This document shows positions 18,199-27,960 of a DNA stretch of 64,000 nt, piece after piece. The position numbers and the translations under genes were made by a program. Every line of letters starts with the position of its first letter. Position 1 is the first letter of the stretch. The notes beneath the pieces are model-generated. The model ran no database searches. It was not told the DNA's origin and was given only the letters and a program-made list of their open reading frames with translations. Source of the DNA: an uncultured delta proteobacterium (GTDB lineage: Bacteria; Desulfobacterota; Binatia; UBA9968); contig CAWJBB010000067.1 in NCBI GenBank assembly GCA_963840855.1, positions 1 to 64,000 of the forward strand. The letters run 5' to 3'.

Positions 18199-20655
18199 CT
18201 AACCCGTGGCTCTCATAAGCGCGTGGATGGAACGGCCTTTGGACGGCCTAAACTCGTTGGTTATGAAGCGTTTCAGTGACTCATCGTTGGCGAATATCTT
18301 TTGTGCCCGCGTGGTGTCTACGCCAATGGCGATAATGTTCGGGTCGTCGGTCCGTGCTTCGCGGAAAACGCCGTTCTGGATCATGCGACTAACCGACAAC
18401 CGGTTATCGTCGGTTGGTGTCACGTAATGCACCAGATCGGTTTTATAACGATGAAGCAGAAAGAAATGCATTAACGTCATGAGACGGCGGGCGCGATATT
18501 TCTTCACGGTATTCTGATCCTTGACCGCGAGAAACTTTCGACCGGCTCTATCCTTATCCACGCGATAAATAATCTCGGCGATCTTGTCGCGGGCCTCATC
18601 GAAAACGTTGAGCATCATTTCCTCGGAACCAGCCCAACGCTCTTTAACTTCGACGCTGAGTTCGCCGCCTTTATACAGTCCCTGCTTGCTCCAATGTTCG
18701 GTCCACATGCGGAGCCATCTCTCCAGGACGCTCGTGGGCACCTCGACGGATTTTCTGTGCTGAGCCTCGGTAGACTTGCCCCCCATGGATGAAGTAGTCA
18801 GCGCCGGCCCGCGTGCCGCACGCCGGAATCGATCCGCCCACGGCCCGCCGACGAAGGTCTGCGGGAATTGCGCTGGATCATTGGCGAGGCGAAGCGAGCG
18901 CTGGATTAGCCGGACGAAACCGAGCACTCCCTCTTCTTTCAGCGCCCGCGCCAGGCGCCCATTCATCAAGGCTTCGGTTTGATGACCCGCATAGGTTATG
19001 AAGTTAAAAACGTAACCCATTTTGCCCAGCTCGGCGGCAAAAATCCGGATCTGGTCGTCCGTAAATCCCCACGCATCCCAGTTCCATGACGGCGACAAAT
19101 TGTAGGCCAACAGCTTGTTAGGGAAGACCTCATGCATGGCCGCGGCCCAAATCTTGTCATCTTCCAAATCCGGCTTGGCCGTTTCACGCCAAACCAGATC
19201 GCAGAATGGCGCCATGGCCAATCCTCTGGCGGTTGCCATGTCACGCCCGCCCGTAACCTGATAAAAACCTTCCGGGGTCCTGGGCAAGTCCCAATCCCAG
19301 AAGACTTCGATACCCATGGACTTGGCCCGCTCACGGGCTTCGCCATAGGACACCTTGGCGGCAAATTTCCTCCAGCGTTCGACGGACATGGGAAGCTTGC
19401 CCTGACCGCGAAGCCGCGCTTCCATGGCCTCAGCGACGGCTCCACAGTAGGTCTTCAAAACTGCCTTCTCCGCCCACGCCTCGCGGATCACGGCCAATAC
19501 ATGGTCGAGGGTTTCTTCAACGACCTTCTTGGCTGTTACTTCGAGCGCCGCGAGCTGCTCACGCGCATCTCTCCGGCCCTTCCCCGCGCGACGGGCTTGT
19601 TGCCGAAGTTTATTTAGCGACGAGATCTCTTTATCCATGCGCGCCGTCGCTTCATCGACTCGAGAAGCGAGATGTTCTTTTCTCAGCCATTCCTGCGCGT
19701 CCCGGTAGGCTTTGTCGGAGATCCTGTACATTAAATGGCCGTTGATTTCTTTAAAACCCCGATCGTAGAACTTCTTGATGACCGCCAGATTGACGTTCTT
19801 AAACGGAACGATATCTGCGTTTGTCGCGCCAAATACAAAAGGATGATCACGCTCGTCTTCCAAGCTGTCTATCGCCGTCGCGTCATTAGAGTCTGTCCGC
19901 GCAACGATCACGCCGGGGACGCCCAAGACGTCGAACTGCAGCCTTGCTGTATTAAGCCGCGCAATCATTTCAGTCGTGGAGACGAGGACCTTCTGCCCCT
20001 GATGGCCACAAACCTTGCAACCCGGTCGTTGGTCTTCAATGTGAATGGCACCAATCTTGTTTTCGACAAACTTTTTAACCAAGTTGCGAATATGATGCTC
20101 GCCTCCATGCCCGGTGTCGCCGTCGGGAATGATCATCGGCGGACTGAACTCGATAGCCGTGGTTTTTTTTCGCTGCGCCGAGGTCATTCTCATCCGATTG
20201 GACCTTTGCACTTCGTCCTGGTGCATCAAGGCGCGCACCCACGACGCTCCTTCCTTGGGAACGCGATCCAGCGCGTAGTTCGCCAAGTCGGCTCCAGGAT
20301 CTTCCGAGTCGGAACCGCGGGCCGAAGTGGACCACCCGCCGAGATAGAGAATCTTGATGCCTTCCATCACCGCGCGCACCGCTCCGGTGGATGAGAAAGG
20401 TCCATAGGTAATTTCCTGCTTTTTCGTTTTGAACAGCCGTTGCAGATAATCGTACATCTTATCGGCCGCCTGCCTGGCGATCGTGTAGTCTTCGCGGGCG
20501 CTTCCGCGCAGCGCGACTACCTCGTAGGCCGTGTGAAGCCGGGTGATTTGTCGGAATCGTGGGCTTTGAAACCAAACCTCGGTGTCGCGCAATTCCCTAA
20601 CCCATTCGATCGCTTCGGTATCTCGCCGAGTATCCAGCCGGGTAATCTTGTTCAT
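18199..20655 (-). CDS. aceA: isocitrate lyase, long ICL2 type with C-terminal regulatory domain
   Basis: DGDTGHGG, HIEDQRPGCKVCGH, IVARTD, LAYNLSPSWNW; C-terminal DQNT...RLMTL.H..L.HR.K...VHYVTPTDDN as in mycobacterial ICL2. Confidence 0.9.
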   Translation of the reverse strand: MNKITRLDTRRDTEAIEWVRELRDTEVWFQSPRFRQITRLHTAYEVVALRGSAREDYTIARQAADKMYDYLQRLFKTKKQEITYGPFSSTGAVRAVMEGIKILYLGGWSTSARGSDSEDPGADLANYALDRVPKEGASWVRALMHQDEVQRSNRMRMTSAQRKKTTAIEFSPPMIIPDGDTGHGGEHHIRNLVKKFVENKIGAIHIEDQRPGCKVCGHQGQKVLVSTTEMIARLNTARLQFDVLGVPGVIVARTDSNDATAIDSLEDERDHPFVFGATNADIVPFKNVNLAVIKKFYDRGFKEINGHLMYRISDKAYRDAQEWLRKEHLASRVDEATARMDKEISSLNKLRQQARRAGKGRRDAREQLAALEVTAKKVVEETLDHVLAVIREAWAEKAVLKTYCGAVAEAMEARLRGQGKLPMSVERWRKFAAKVSYGEARERAKSMGIEVFWDWDLPRTPEGFYQVTGGRDMATARGLAMAPFCDLVWRETAKPDLEDDKIWAAAMHEVFPNKLLAYNLSPSWNWDAWGFTDDQIRIFAAELGKMGYVFNFITYAGHQTEALMNGRLARALKEEGVLGFVRLIQRSLRLANDPAQFPQTFVGGPWADRFRRAARGPALTTSSMGGKSTEAQHRKSVEVPTSVLERWLRMWTEHWSKQGLYKGGELSVEVKERWAGSEEMMLNVFDEARDKIAEIIYRVDKDRAGRKFLAVKDQNTVKKYRARRLMTLMHFFLLHRYKTDLVHYVTPTDDNRLSVSRMIQNGVFREARTDDPNIIAIGVDTTRAQKIFANDESLKRFITNEFRPSKGRSIHALMRATG

Positions 20656-20786
20656 TGTGCCAACCTCCCGAATATTCTATTGACTAACGGCGAACCGGTT
20701 TTAATGCCGTCTGCAGGCTCTGCTTCCCTCACCATCCTGCGCTCGAAGATGACGCTGCGAAGAAACGGCGCAGCACGAAGTGGGTT

Positions 20787-20907
20787 GGCAGGTAAAGCAC
20801 AATAACATTAACAGCCATCAAGCACAGCAACCAAAGCCAAGGCGCCCGGCAGGTAAAGCACAATAACATTAACAACCATCAAGCACAGCAACCAAAGCGA
20901 AGACGCC
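20787..20907. repeat. 61-bp-period tandem duplication
   Basis: ggcaggtaaagcacaataacattaaca.ccatcaagcacagcaaccaaagc starts at 20787 and at 20848. Confidence 0.9.
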
Positions 20908-21449
20908 ATCAGGGTCTGGGGATGTTTGTCATCGAGTCCGTACACGTAATTGATGTTGACCGCCCAGTTAGGGTGACTGGTAGACGGTGGCGGGGCCGGA
21001 GCGAAAAGGTAGGAAATGAGCAAGACGACGATCGCGGCCACGGACTGTAAACCAAACGCTCGCCGGTCGTAGCCCAATCGCGAGAGCAACCATAACAGAA
21101 CGAAGGGTAGCCAGCCATGAAATAACGAGAGCGCCCTTAGAAACAGAGGGATGCTTGAATCGAGCATGTAGGCGGTCACGCCGGTTATATGAACGCCGGC
21201 AATCAGCCGGCATAGAAAATCGACCACCCACAGCGTCTGCGGCAGTGTGATAGCAATTGCTTGCGTGCTGACAAGAAGCGGGCTTTCGATCCAGATCGCC
21301 ACGGCGGTGACGAGCAACGCGATGTCGCAGAAGTAGAGAAAGTTCCACGGGCTGTAAGTCACCCAGTAGCATGGCACAAGGACAGCTACAAAGGCCGAGT
21401 ATGCCACTTTCACCCAGATCGGAATGAGTCCGCTCGTTTCCGTTGTCAT
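20808..21449 (-). CDS. integral membrane protein; C-terminus altered by the tandem duplication
   Basis: NFLYFCDIAL, LSLFHGWLP, NINYVYG conserved-looking motifs, several TM helices; likely start MTTETSG. Confidence 0.75.
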   Translation of the reverse strand: MTTETSGLIPIWVKVAYSAFVAVLVPCYWVTYSPWNFLYFCDIALLVTAVAIWIESPLLVSTQAIAITLPQTLWVVDFLCRLIAGVHITGVTAYMLDSSIPLFLRALSLFHGWLPFVLLWLLSRLGYDRRAFGLQSVAAIVVLLISYLFAPAPPPSTSHPNWAVNINYVYGLDDKHPQTLMASSLWLLCLMVVNVIVLYLPGALALVAVLDGC

Positions 21450-21826
21450 GATGTCTGTTACTACCGGCCGTGAAAGCCAGACGCTGCAGGACGCGCTTGC
21501 CTGAAAGGCGACGATGTAGTCAGCGTAGCGCTGACGCTCGCGCGGCGCCGGGGCAAAGTCTATTGTGGAGCCTTTCCCTGCGCAGTAGTATAAATAATTC
21601 AATGTCGATGCGCGATACGCAAGAGCGACCGTCGGCCGCCGGTGGAAAACCGCGGCCTGACATCTAAGCTGAGCATGGATTCCCGGGTGTGGGCAACTGG
21701 CGTACGCGTTCTAACAAGCGACAAAGGCGCGGCGATCGCCGCACTATTCCGTTACGACCTCGTAGCAACGCTTTTCGAGGAAGACTGGCGGAAAGAGATG
21801 CAAGAAACCCGCAGGAGTTCTTCACG

Positions 21827-23086
21827 ATGCGCTTTTTTTTCAGTGTATTTATCACATTATGCCTTTCATGGAGTTCTGTCGAAGCCGCGGAATACAAATA
21901 TCCGTATCACGACCCATATTTAGCGACGGCCACCACCGCCATTTTTAGTGACGATGGCCCCACTCCCCGGCTCGAATCGCAAATCGTCCGTGTGCCGGGG
22001 CTACCCGGCAGAAATCAGCTGCCTACTCTCGAAGGTCGCGGCGATGTGGGTATCGCCCTCTATCGCCAAAGCCATCCAGCGCCATTGATTTTCATTCTCG
22101 CTGGCATTGGATCCACCCCGTACTTCGGGGTTGGCCCGTATTTAGCCAGTCTCTTCTATCGAGAGGGCTCTCATGTCGTCATTTTGCCCTCACCGATGAG
22201 CTGGAATTTCGCGTTGGCGGCCAGCCGAAGCGGCGCGCCAGGTTACGTTCCGGCAGACGCCCGTGATCTGTATGAAGTCATGCAAAAATGCCTTTCGACC
22301 TTAAGAGATCGGCATGAGGTCAAGATAACGGCAATCAACTTCGTGGGGGTAAGCCTCGGCGCCCTTGAAGGCGCTTATTTAAGCGTTATCGATGCTGAGC
22401 AGCGGAAGATCGACATAGGAAAGTATCTTCTGGTGAACCCGCCCATCGATCTCTCTTATGCCCACAAAAAACTCGATGAATGGAGTGCATTACAGGAAAC
22501 ATTTGGCAGGAACAAATCCGAGGACATCGTGGCGAAAGCCATTGCCATCGTCGAGTCCTTTTCCAAAGAAACGCGAGACGACCCAGCGGTTTTTGACAGA
22601 TTGGCAAAGAAGTTTGCTAGTTTCACGACAGAAGAGCTCCAATTTCTCATCGCCGGATATTTGCAAACTCAACTCCCCGAACTCGTCTATGTCACGCAAG
22701 TCATTCACGATCAAGGTGTTCTTACCGCGCCGAAAAACGAAGTCAGAAAACGCCTTGAGGAAGCTAAGAAATTCACTTTTTCAGATTACAACGAAAAGAT
22801 CGCTGTGCCATTGTGGAAACGTCAGGCGACAGAAACCCCAGTCGATTTAGAAAGCCTCCTCAAACGAGGATCCCTGGCGCGAATTCTTGATCGGCTGCGT
22901 AGCAATTCAAAAGTTCATATTATGCATAACGCCGATGATTTCCTGGCCGAAAGGAAATCCATCGAAGAACTCAAAGAGGCATTGGGCGATCAGGTGAAGC
23001 TCTATCCCTATGGTGGACACATTGGCAATATCTGGTTCCCGGAAAACAAAGAATACGCTCTGGGGCTATTCAGAAAGGTCCGCTGA
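21827..23086 (+). CDS. exported alpha/beta-hydrolase-fold protein
   Basis: CAGGAG RBS; signal peptide MRFFFSVFITLCLSWSSVEA; GVSLG nucleophile elbow, HNADD, GGH. Confidence 0.75.
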   Translation: MRFFFSVFITLCLSWSSVEAAEYKYPYHDPYLATATTAIFSDDGPTPRLESQIVRVPGLPGRNQLPTLEGRGDVGIALYRQSHPAPLIFILAGIGSTPYFGVGPYLASLFYREGSHVVILPSPMSWNFALAASRSGAPGYVPADARDLYEVMQKCLSTLRDRHEVKITAINFVGVSLGALEGAYLSVIDAEQRKIDIGKYLLVNPPIDLSYAHKKLDEWSALQETFGRNKSEDIVAKAIAIVESFSKETRDDPAVFDRLAKKFASFTTEELQFLIAGYLQTQLPELVYVTQVIHDQGVLTAPKNEVRKRLEEAKKFTFSDYNEKIAVPLWKRQATETPVDLESLLKRGSLARILDRLRSNSKVHIMHNADDFLAERKSIEELKEALGDQVKLYPYGGHIGNIWFPENKEYALGLFRKVR

Positions 23087-23161
23087 ATGGGACAAAGGTT
23101 TTAAAACTCGCTGGGTCTGCTAGACCTTGCAGAGCGACGCTTTCGGCTGTAGATTGCCGCC

Positions 23162-23998
23162 ATGATCACCAACGACGAATTTGAAGTAGACGTCCGGGAT
23201 ATCGAGTATCAGCAACAGGCAGGCAAAGCCTGGCTGGCTCGCATCTATCAACCCAAAGGAACAGGGCCATTTCCGGCCATCGTTGACGTGCACGGCGGTG
23301 CTTGGCACAACGGCGATCGGACTAACAATGCCGGTATCGACCAAGCGCTGGCGGCCAAGGGCATCTTGGTGGCCGCGCTCGATTTCCGGCAGCCGCCGGA
23401 GGCGGGCTATCCTGCTTCTATCTGTGACGTGAACCTGGCTGTTCGCTGGCTCAAAGCGCATGCGGCTGAGTTCAACGGAACAGCCGTTGTAGGAGCCTTT
23501 GGGAATTCCAGCGGCGGCCACCAGGTCGTGCTCAACGCGCTTCGGCCGCGGCACGCAAGTTATACGGCGCTGCCGCTGCCGAACCATCCTGAGATCAATG
23601 CCAGCCTCGCCTATGTGATTGCGGGCTGGCCGGTGATAGACCCGCTGTATCGCTTCCACTTCGCCAAAGAGTTCAACCATCAAGAACACATCAAGGCCCA
23701 TATTGACTACTGGCGCACAGAAGAAGCCATGGCCGAAGGCAGTCCGCAGAAGATTGTCGAGCGCGACGAGCAGGTCGATTTACCGCCGATATTGATGTTG
23801 CTGAAGGCCAACGACCGCAACCACCCGCTGGAAATGCAGGAGCGCTTCATTGCGTCCTATCGCAAACGCGGCGCGGCGATCGAGGTGCATACCTTCGATG
23901 GCCTGCCGGAGCACCGAATGGTGCCGTCGCCGGCCCAGCCGGAAACAATGCGTGTGATTGACACCATCACCGCATTCATTCGGCGCCAAACTGCTTAG
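23162..23998 (+). CDS. alpha/beta hydrolase (HSL-like esterase)
   Basis: DVHGGAW oxyanion motif, GNSSGG. Confidence 0.88.
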   Translation: MITNDEFEVDVRDIEYQQQAGKAWLARIYQPKGTGPFPAIVDVHGGAWHNGDRTNNAGIDQALAAKGILVAALDFRQPPEAGYPASICDVNLAVRWLKAHAAEFNGTAVVGAFGNSSGGHQVVLNALRPRHASYTALPLPNHPEINASLAYVIAGWPVIDPLYRFHFAKEFNHQEHIKAHIDYWRTEEAMAEGSPQKIVERDEQVDLPPILMLLKANDRNHPLEMQERFIASYRKRGAAIEVHTFDGLPEHRMVPSPAQPETMRVIDTITAFIRRQTA

Positions 23999-24104
23999 CG
24001 CTTTTGCCGTTTGCGGTACATTTTGTCCCGGGCCGTTTAATATCATTTAAAGAACTCCTCGTCGTCTATAAAGAAAATTATTTAAAACAATATCGGAGGT
24101 GTTT

Positions 24105-24497
24105 ATGCCCGCCAAGCGTATTGATGTTAACGAGCATCCGGCGTTAAAAGGAGCAGGAGCCGGCAAGCATGAAAGACTGCTTTTCAATTCCGACAACTAT
24201 CATGTCTGGATTCACCATAGTGTACCAGGCGACAAGGGCCCGATGCACAGGCATACGGCAGATCAGGCCTTCTATGGTCTCCAAGGGGAATGCTTGATAA
24301 ATTTCCCGGATGGGACGCGGCAATCGATTACTCCAGGCGTGTTGGTGGTAATCCCCAAGGGTCAATATTACCAACAAGAAGCGCCAAGCCACACTGGCTA
24401 TGTTTTCTTAGGCAGCAGGGCGGAAACCTATGAGAATTCTCGCTTCGGCCCCCAAGGCCAAGAAATCAAGTCAGGCGGTATAGCACCAAAGGATTAG
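24105..24497 (+). CDS. cupin domain protein
   Basis: GPMHRHTADQAFYGLQGE...LVVIPKGQYY. Confidence 0.8.
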   Translation: MPAKRIDVNEHPALKGAGAGKHERLLFNSDNYHVWIHHSVPGDKGPMHRHTADQAFYGLQGECLINFPDGTRQSITPGVLVVIPKGQYYQQEAPSHTGYVFLGSRAETYENSRFGPQGQEIKSGGIAPKD

Positions 24498-24518
24498 TTG
24501 CAGATATCGGCAATCGGG

Positions 24519-24660
24519 TCATTGAAACGGTTGTCCGAACCGCTCGAGATGGGCTACCTCAGAGAGTGTCTTGCGATTTTTCTTTCCTTTGCCGGTGGGC
24601 CGAGCCGGATAGCCAAACGGGATGATCGCCAGCACATCCGATTCATCCGGAATACCAGGA
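24519..24660 (-). pseudogene. nitroreductase C-terminal remnant
   Basis: GIPDESDVLAIIPFGYPARPTGKGKKNRKTLSEVAHLERFGQPFQ*. Confidence 0.65.
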
Positions 24661-24666
24661 GGGTTT

Positions 24667-25099
24667 ATGAAATCATTGATTGCGGGTCTGGCCGTTGCCA
24701 CCCTTTCAGTCTGGATTACGTCGTCGTTTGCCCAGCAAAGGCCAAGATATCCGGTGGATCCTGAGACGAGATGGGCTGTCGGCGCTAAGCCGACACCAGC
24801 CGACGAACTCAAGAAGCAACTCGACAGTGGTACGGTGATGATCATCGATGTTCGGCCGCCGGCCAGTTTTGAAAAAGAAACCATTCCCGGCGCAATCAAT
24901 GTTCCCCTTGAGCAGCTTGAAGGTTATCTGAAAAAGATATCCAAGGACACTTACATCGTCTTCACGTGAGGGAGCGGAGCAATCAAGCTCGCAGGCTGCG
25001 AAGCTAGCTGAAGACCTCGGATTCACCAGCACAACTTTTTGCCCCGTCAGCAAGTGGAAGGAACAGGGTTATCAAGCGGAACCCGGTAAGAAAAAATAA
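24667..25099 (+). CDS. exported rhodanese-like protein, putative selenoprotein (TGA 24967-24969), with an apparent +1 base after the TGA
   Basis: AGGAGG RBS; signal peptide; IIDVRP..FEKETIPGAINVP; IVFT-TGA; the +1 frame continues SSQAAKLAEDLGF...W...GY to TAA at 25099. Confidence 0.7.
24986..25005 (+). promoter_or_regulatory. putative bacterial SECIS hairpin
   Basis: agc-tcgca-[ggc]-tgcga-a-gct; the loop starts with G, 24 nt after the TGA. Confidence 0.5.
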
Positions 25100-25151
25100 T
25101 CTGTAAAACTCGTCAACCGGGTCGATTTTTCGCCATCTGCATCCGAGTATT

Positions 25152-26414
25152 CTAGTGTGATCCCAAATGCACTATCTCCGGGCGAACATGTTCCGGGCGG
25201 ATGCCGAGGCCAACGATGCGGGCGGGGATTCGGCGGAGAAACGGAACTGTGGCAAGCAGCCGGACCGCAAGTGGCGGCTTGACAGGTTTCGTATCACCCA
25301 ATACGCGCGCAATGATCCTGCGCTGCACCGTCACCTGCAGCCACTGGGTTACTCTGGTGGGTAACTCGCGTCGCCGCTGGATCCGGCGCAGATGATCGAC
25401 GGTTACTTGCCCTTCCCGCAGCGGTTTGAACAGAACATTTGCCGCGGCCACTGCATCCTGAATCGCGAGATTTATGCCGACGCCGCCCACCGGGGACATT
25501 GCGTGCGCCGCGTCGCCAATACACAGCAGGCCCGGGCGAAACCACTCTAACAACCGGTCCACGCGAACCGTCAAGAGCTTCACGTCATCCCAGCTGCTGA
25601 GCTCCCCTACCCTGTCTTTCGCGTACGGCGCCAGCCGCACTATCTCCCCTCGAAAAGCTTCGAATCCTTGCCGGCGCATCTCTTCGAATCGGCCTTTGGG
25701 AATGACGTAACCGCATTGCCAATACTCGCCTCGATTGATCGTGACGAAGATCCTGCCGCTATCGAATCTCCCCATAGTCCCGACCGGATCGTCCGGCCTT
25801 CGGCTCAGGCGGAACCACAGCACATCCATCGGCGCTCCGAATTCTTTCACCTTCAAACCGGCCTTATCGCGCACCATCGAATTGCGGCCGTCCGCGCCCA
25901 CGACGACGTCAGCGCGTACTTCGACCGTCCCCTCGAGAGTATTTGCGCGAACACCAATCACGCGCCCCGACTCTTCCACGAGGCTGATTACCTCAGCCTC
26001 CATCATAAGATTGAATTTGGTGTAGCGAGCCGCTTGCTCGGCGAGGAAGTTCAGAAAATCCCACTGTGGCATCAAGGCGATAAAGCGGCAGCGGGTCGGC
26101 AGGTGTCTGAAGTCTGCAATGGTCACCTGCATTTGACCGACTTGCGCCCCCAGCTCGTAGACTTCCTGATGCGGCAGTCTCAGAAACTCCTCGAGCAACC
26201 CAAGCTCGCACATCACCTCGAGCGTCGATGGGTGAATCGTATCGCCGCGAAAATCGCGCAGGAAATCCGCGTGCTTTTCAAGAACCAAAACTTCGACGCC
26301 GGCGCGCGCAAGCAGGTAACCCAGCATCATCCCGGCTGGCCCGCCCCCGGCGATGCAGCAGTCCACGGATACCGTCTTAGACTCGCCCGCCCGAATTCGT
26401 GTATCGGTGGTCAT
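25152..26414 (-). CDS. FAD-dependent oxidoreductase (UbiH/aromatic monooxygenase-like)
   Basis: GGGPAG, DFRGDTIHPST, VVGADG, IGDAAHAMSPVGGVGINLAIQDA. Confidence 0.9.
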   Translation of the reverse strand: MTTDTRIRAGESKTVSVDCCIAGGGPAGMMLGYLLARAGVEVLVLEKHADFLRDFRGDTIHPSTLEVMCELGLLEEFLRLPHQEVYELGAQVGQMQVTIADFRHLPTRCRFIALMPQWDFLNFLAEQAARYTKFNLMMEAEVISLVEESGRVIGVRANTLEGTVEVRADVVVGADGRNSMVRDKAGLKVKEFGAPMDVLWFRLSRRPDDPVGTMGRFDSGRIFVTINRGEYWQCGYVIPKGRFEEMRRQGFEAFRGEIVRLAPYAKDRVGELSSWDDVKLLTVRVDRLLEWFRPGLLCIGDAAHAMSPVGGVGINLAIQDAVAAANVLFKPLREGQVTVDHLRRIQRRRELPTRVTQWLQVTVQRRIIARVLGDTKPVKPPLAVRLLATVPFLRRIPARIVGLGIRPEHVRPEIVHLGSH

Positions 26415-26821
26415 TCTCCGCTGCTCGGCGACGCGACCCGCGCCGTGGGTTGATAGTCGAGAACGCGAAAGGTCACTGGAACGGCTTGATGGTCAGGCCT
26501 GATTCTGGATTCTACAAGCATAGATGTCGGAATTTCGGGTCTTGAGTCTTGCAAATCGGACAGTCACCGGGCAGGGCATTACTTCGAAAATCTTTCAGCT
26601 GTGCGGGCGAGTTCCGCGACGCCCAAACCTATGATAAAGTAGGATCGGTTTCATTCAGAGTAGCTAGCAGTGACCGGAAACTTCACCATCCTTCGCTTCA
26701 GCCACGAATCATTGCCGGTAAGGGTTTTCCTAGACCGGATTGAACAACCCTCCCAACCTTTCGCCAATATGGGAGCGGATCGAACCGCCCGAGTGGGCAA
26801 GTCGTAAATTGGAGACCTGTT

Positions 26822-27650
26822 TTGGATTCTTTGCCTATACCGGTAATTAAACGCGAATTGCAAGTCGGACGCTTCGTCATACCCTATCGGATATGCGGCG
26901 GCGGGACTCATGGTCTCGTTTTTGTGAACGGACTTCAACAGTCGATGGCGATGTGGCATAGCGTTTGTGCGCCGTTTCAGCCCAGGCTATCGCATTGTCA
27001 TCTTTGATTTTCCTAACCATGGCAGGGGGCGAATCGTCAGCGGATCTGCCGACGTATCGGTTGAAGAACAGGTCGATATTCTAGATGCAGTCGCCGATGC
27101 CGCAAATATCAGAGATCAACTGACCGTCTGTTCAGCCTCCTGGGGAGGTGTGGTGGCCGCCAGTTATGCCGTGCGCCATCCGTGCAAAGTGCAACGCCTG
27201 ATATTGGCCAGCATGGGGACCAGGGCGAACGAAAAGATGATAGAAATAATTTCTAAAGGGTTTGAGATGGAGCCGGCGGACCGCACTGAGATAGCCGAGA
27301 CAATAATCAAGACCTTCGGCGCGGACCTCCCACGCTCCATGAAGCGCAAGATACTTCGCCAATTTCAGCAGATGAGCCAGGCGGCGCTTGAGGCCTTCTA
27401 CCGGCATGGCCAATTCGTTCTTGCCATACGGGAGTTAGGCAACGCCGTTGACGTAAGTCAAATCCAGTGCAAGACGATAATCTTGCATGGCGAAAAGGAC
27501 ACGATCGTAGATGCCGAAGACGCCCGTTTCCTCGCCAGTCAAATCCAGAATTCTGAGTTTAAGAACATCGCCGGTGTGGGCCATTTTCTTCACTTGGAAA
27601 ACGAGAAGATTCTCGATGTCTATGAAGACATCCTGGCGTCACCCGCCTGA
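26822..27650 (+). CDS. RhlA/PhaG-like alpha/beta hydrolase, split by an apparent +1 base near 26963
   Basis: ORFs 26822-27007 and 26967-27650; VNG, FDFP..G, SWGG, GEKD, GHFLHLEN. Confidence 0.7.
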
Positions 27651-27960
27651 AATCATTTGAAGTCGCCCGCCTGCTCGTTTGCAATATCTCGAGGGCCCTT
27701 AGAGCCTCGGCATGTGCGATGCCAGGCGTCCTTTGATTTCGTCGCTCGCTTCCGGAGCGATATTCGATGATAGAAAAAATCTTCCGTCAGTCCTGCGAAT
27801 TTAGCATTGCAATAGTTCAAGCAGAACTCTCAGCTCATATGGATGAGGCAGCGACCTTGAAGTTGCTAGTCTGGATTATTATGGATACCGTAAAGGCGTA
27901 GCATACTCTAAGATCAACGATAGCAGTAAAACTACACGCGCGCCTGAAAGACTAGACTAG

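Noticed and set aside
27660-27960. Molybdenum-cofactor riboswitch upstream of fdh
   Set aside because: Could not identify the conserved elements; would need an Rfam scan
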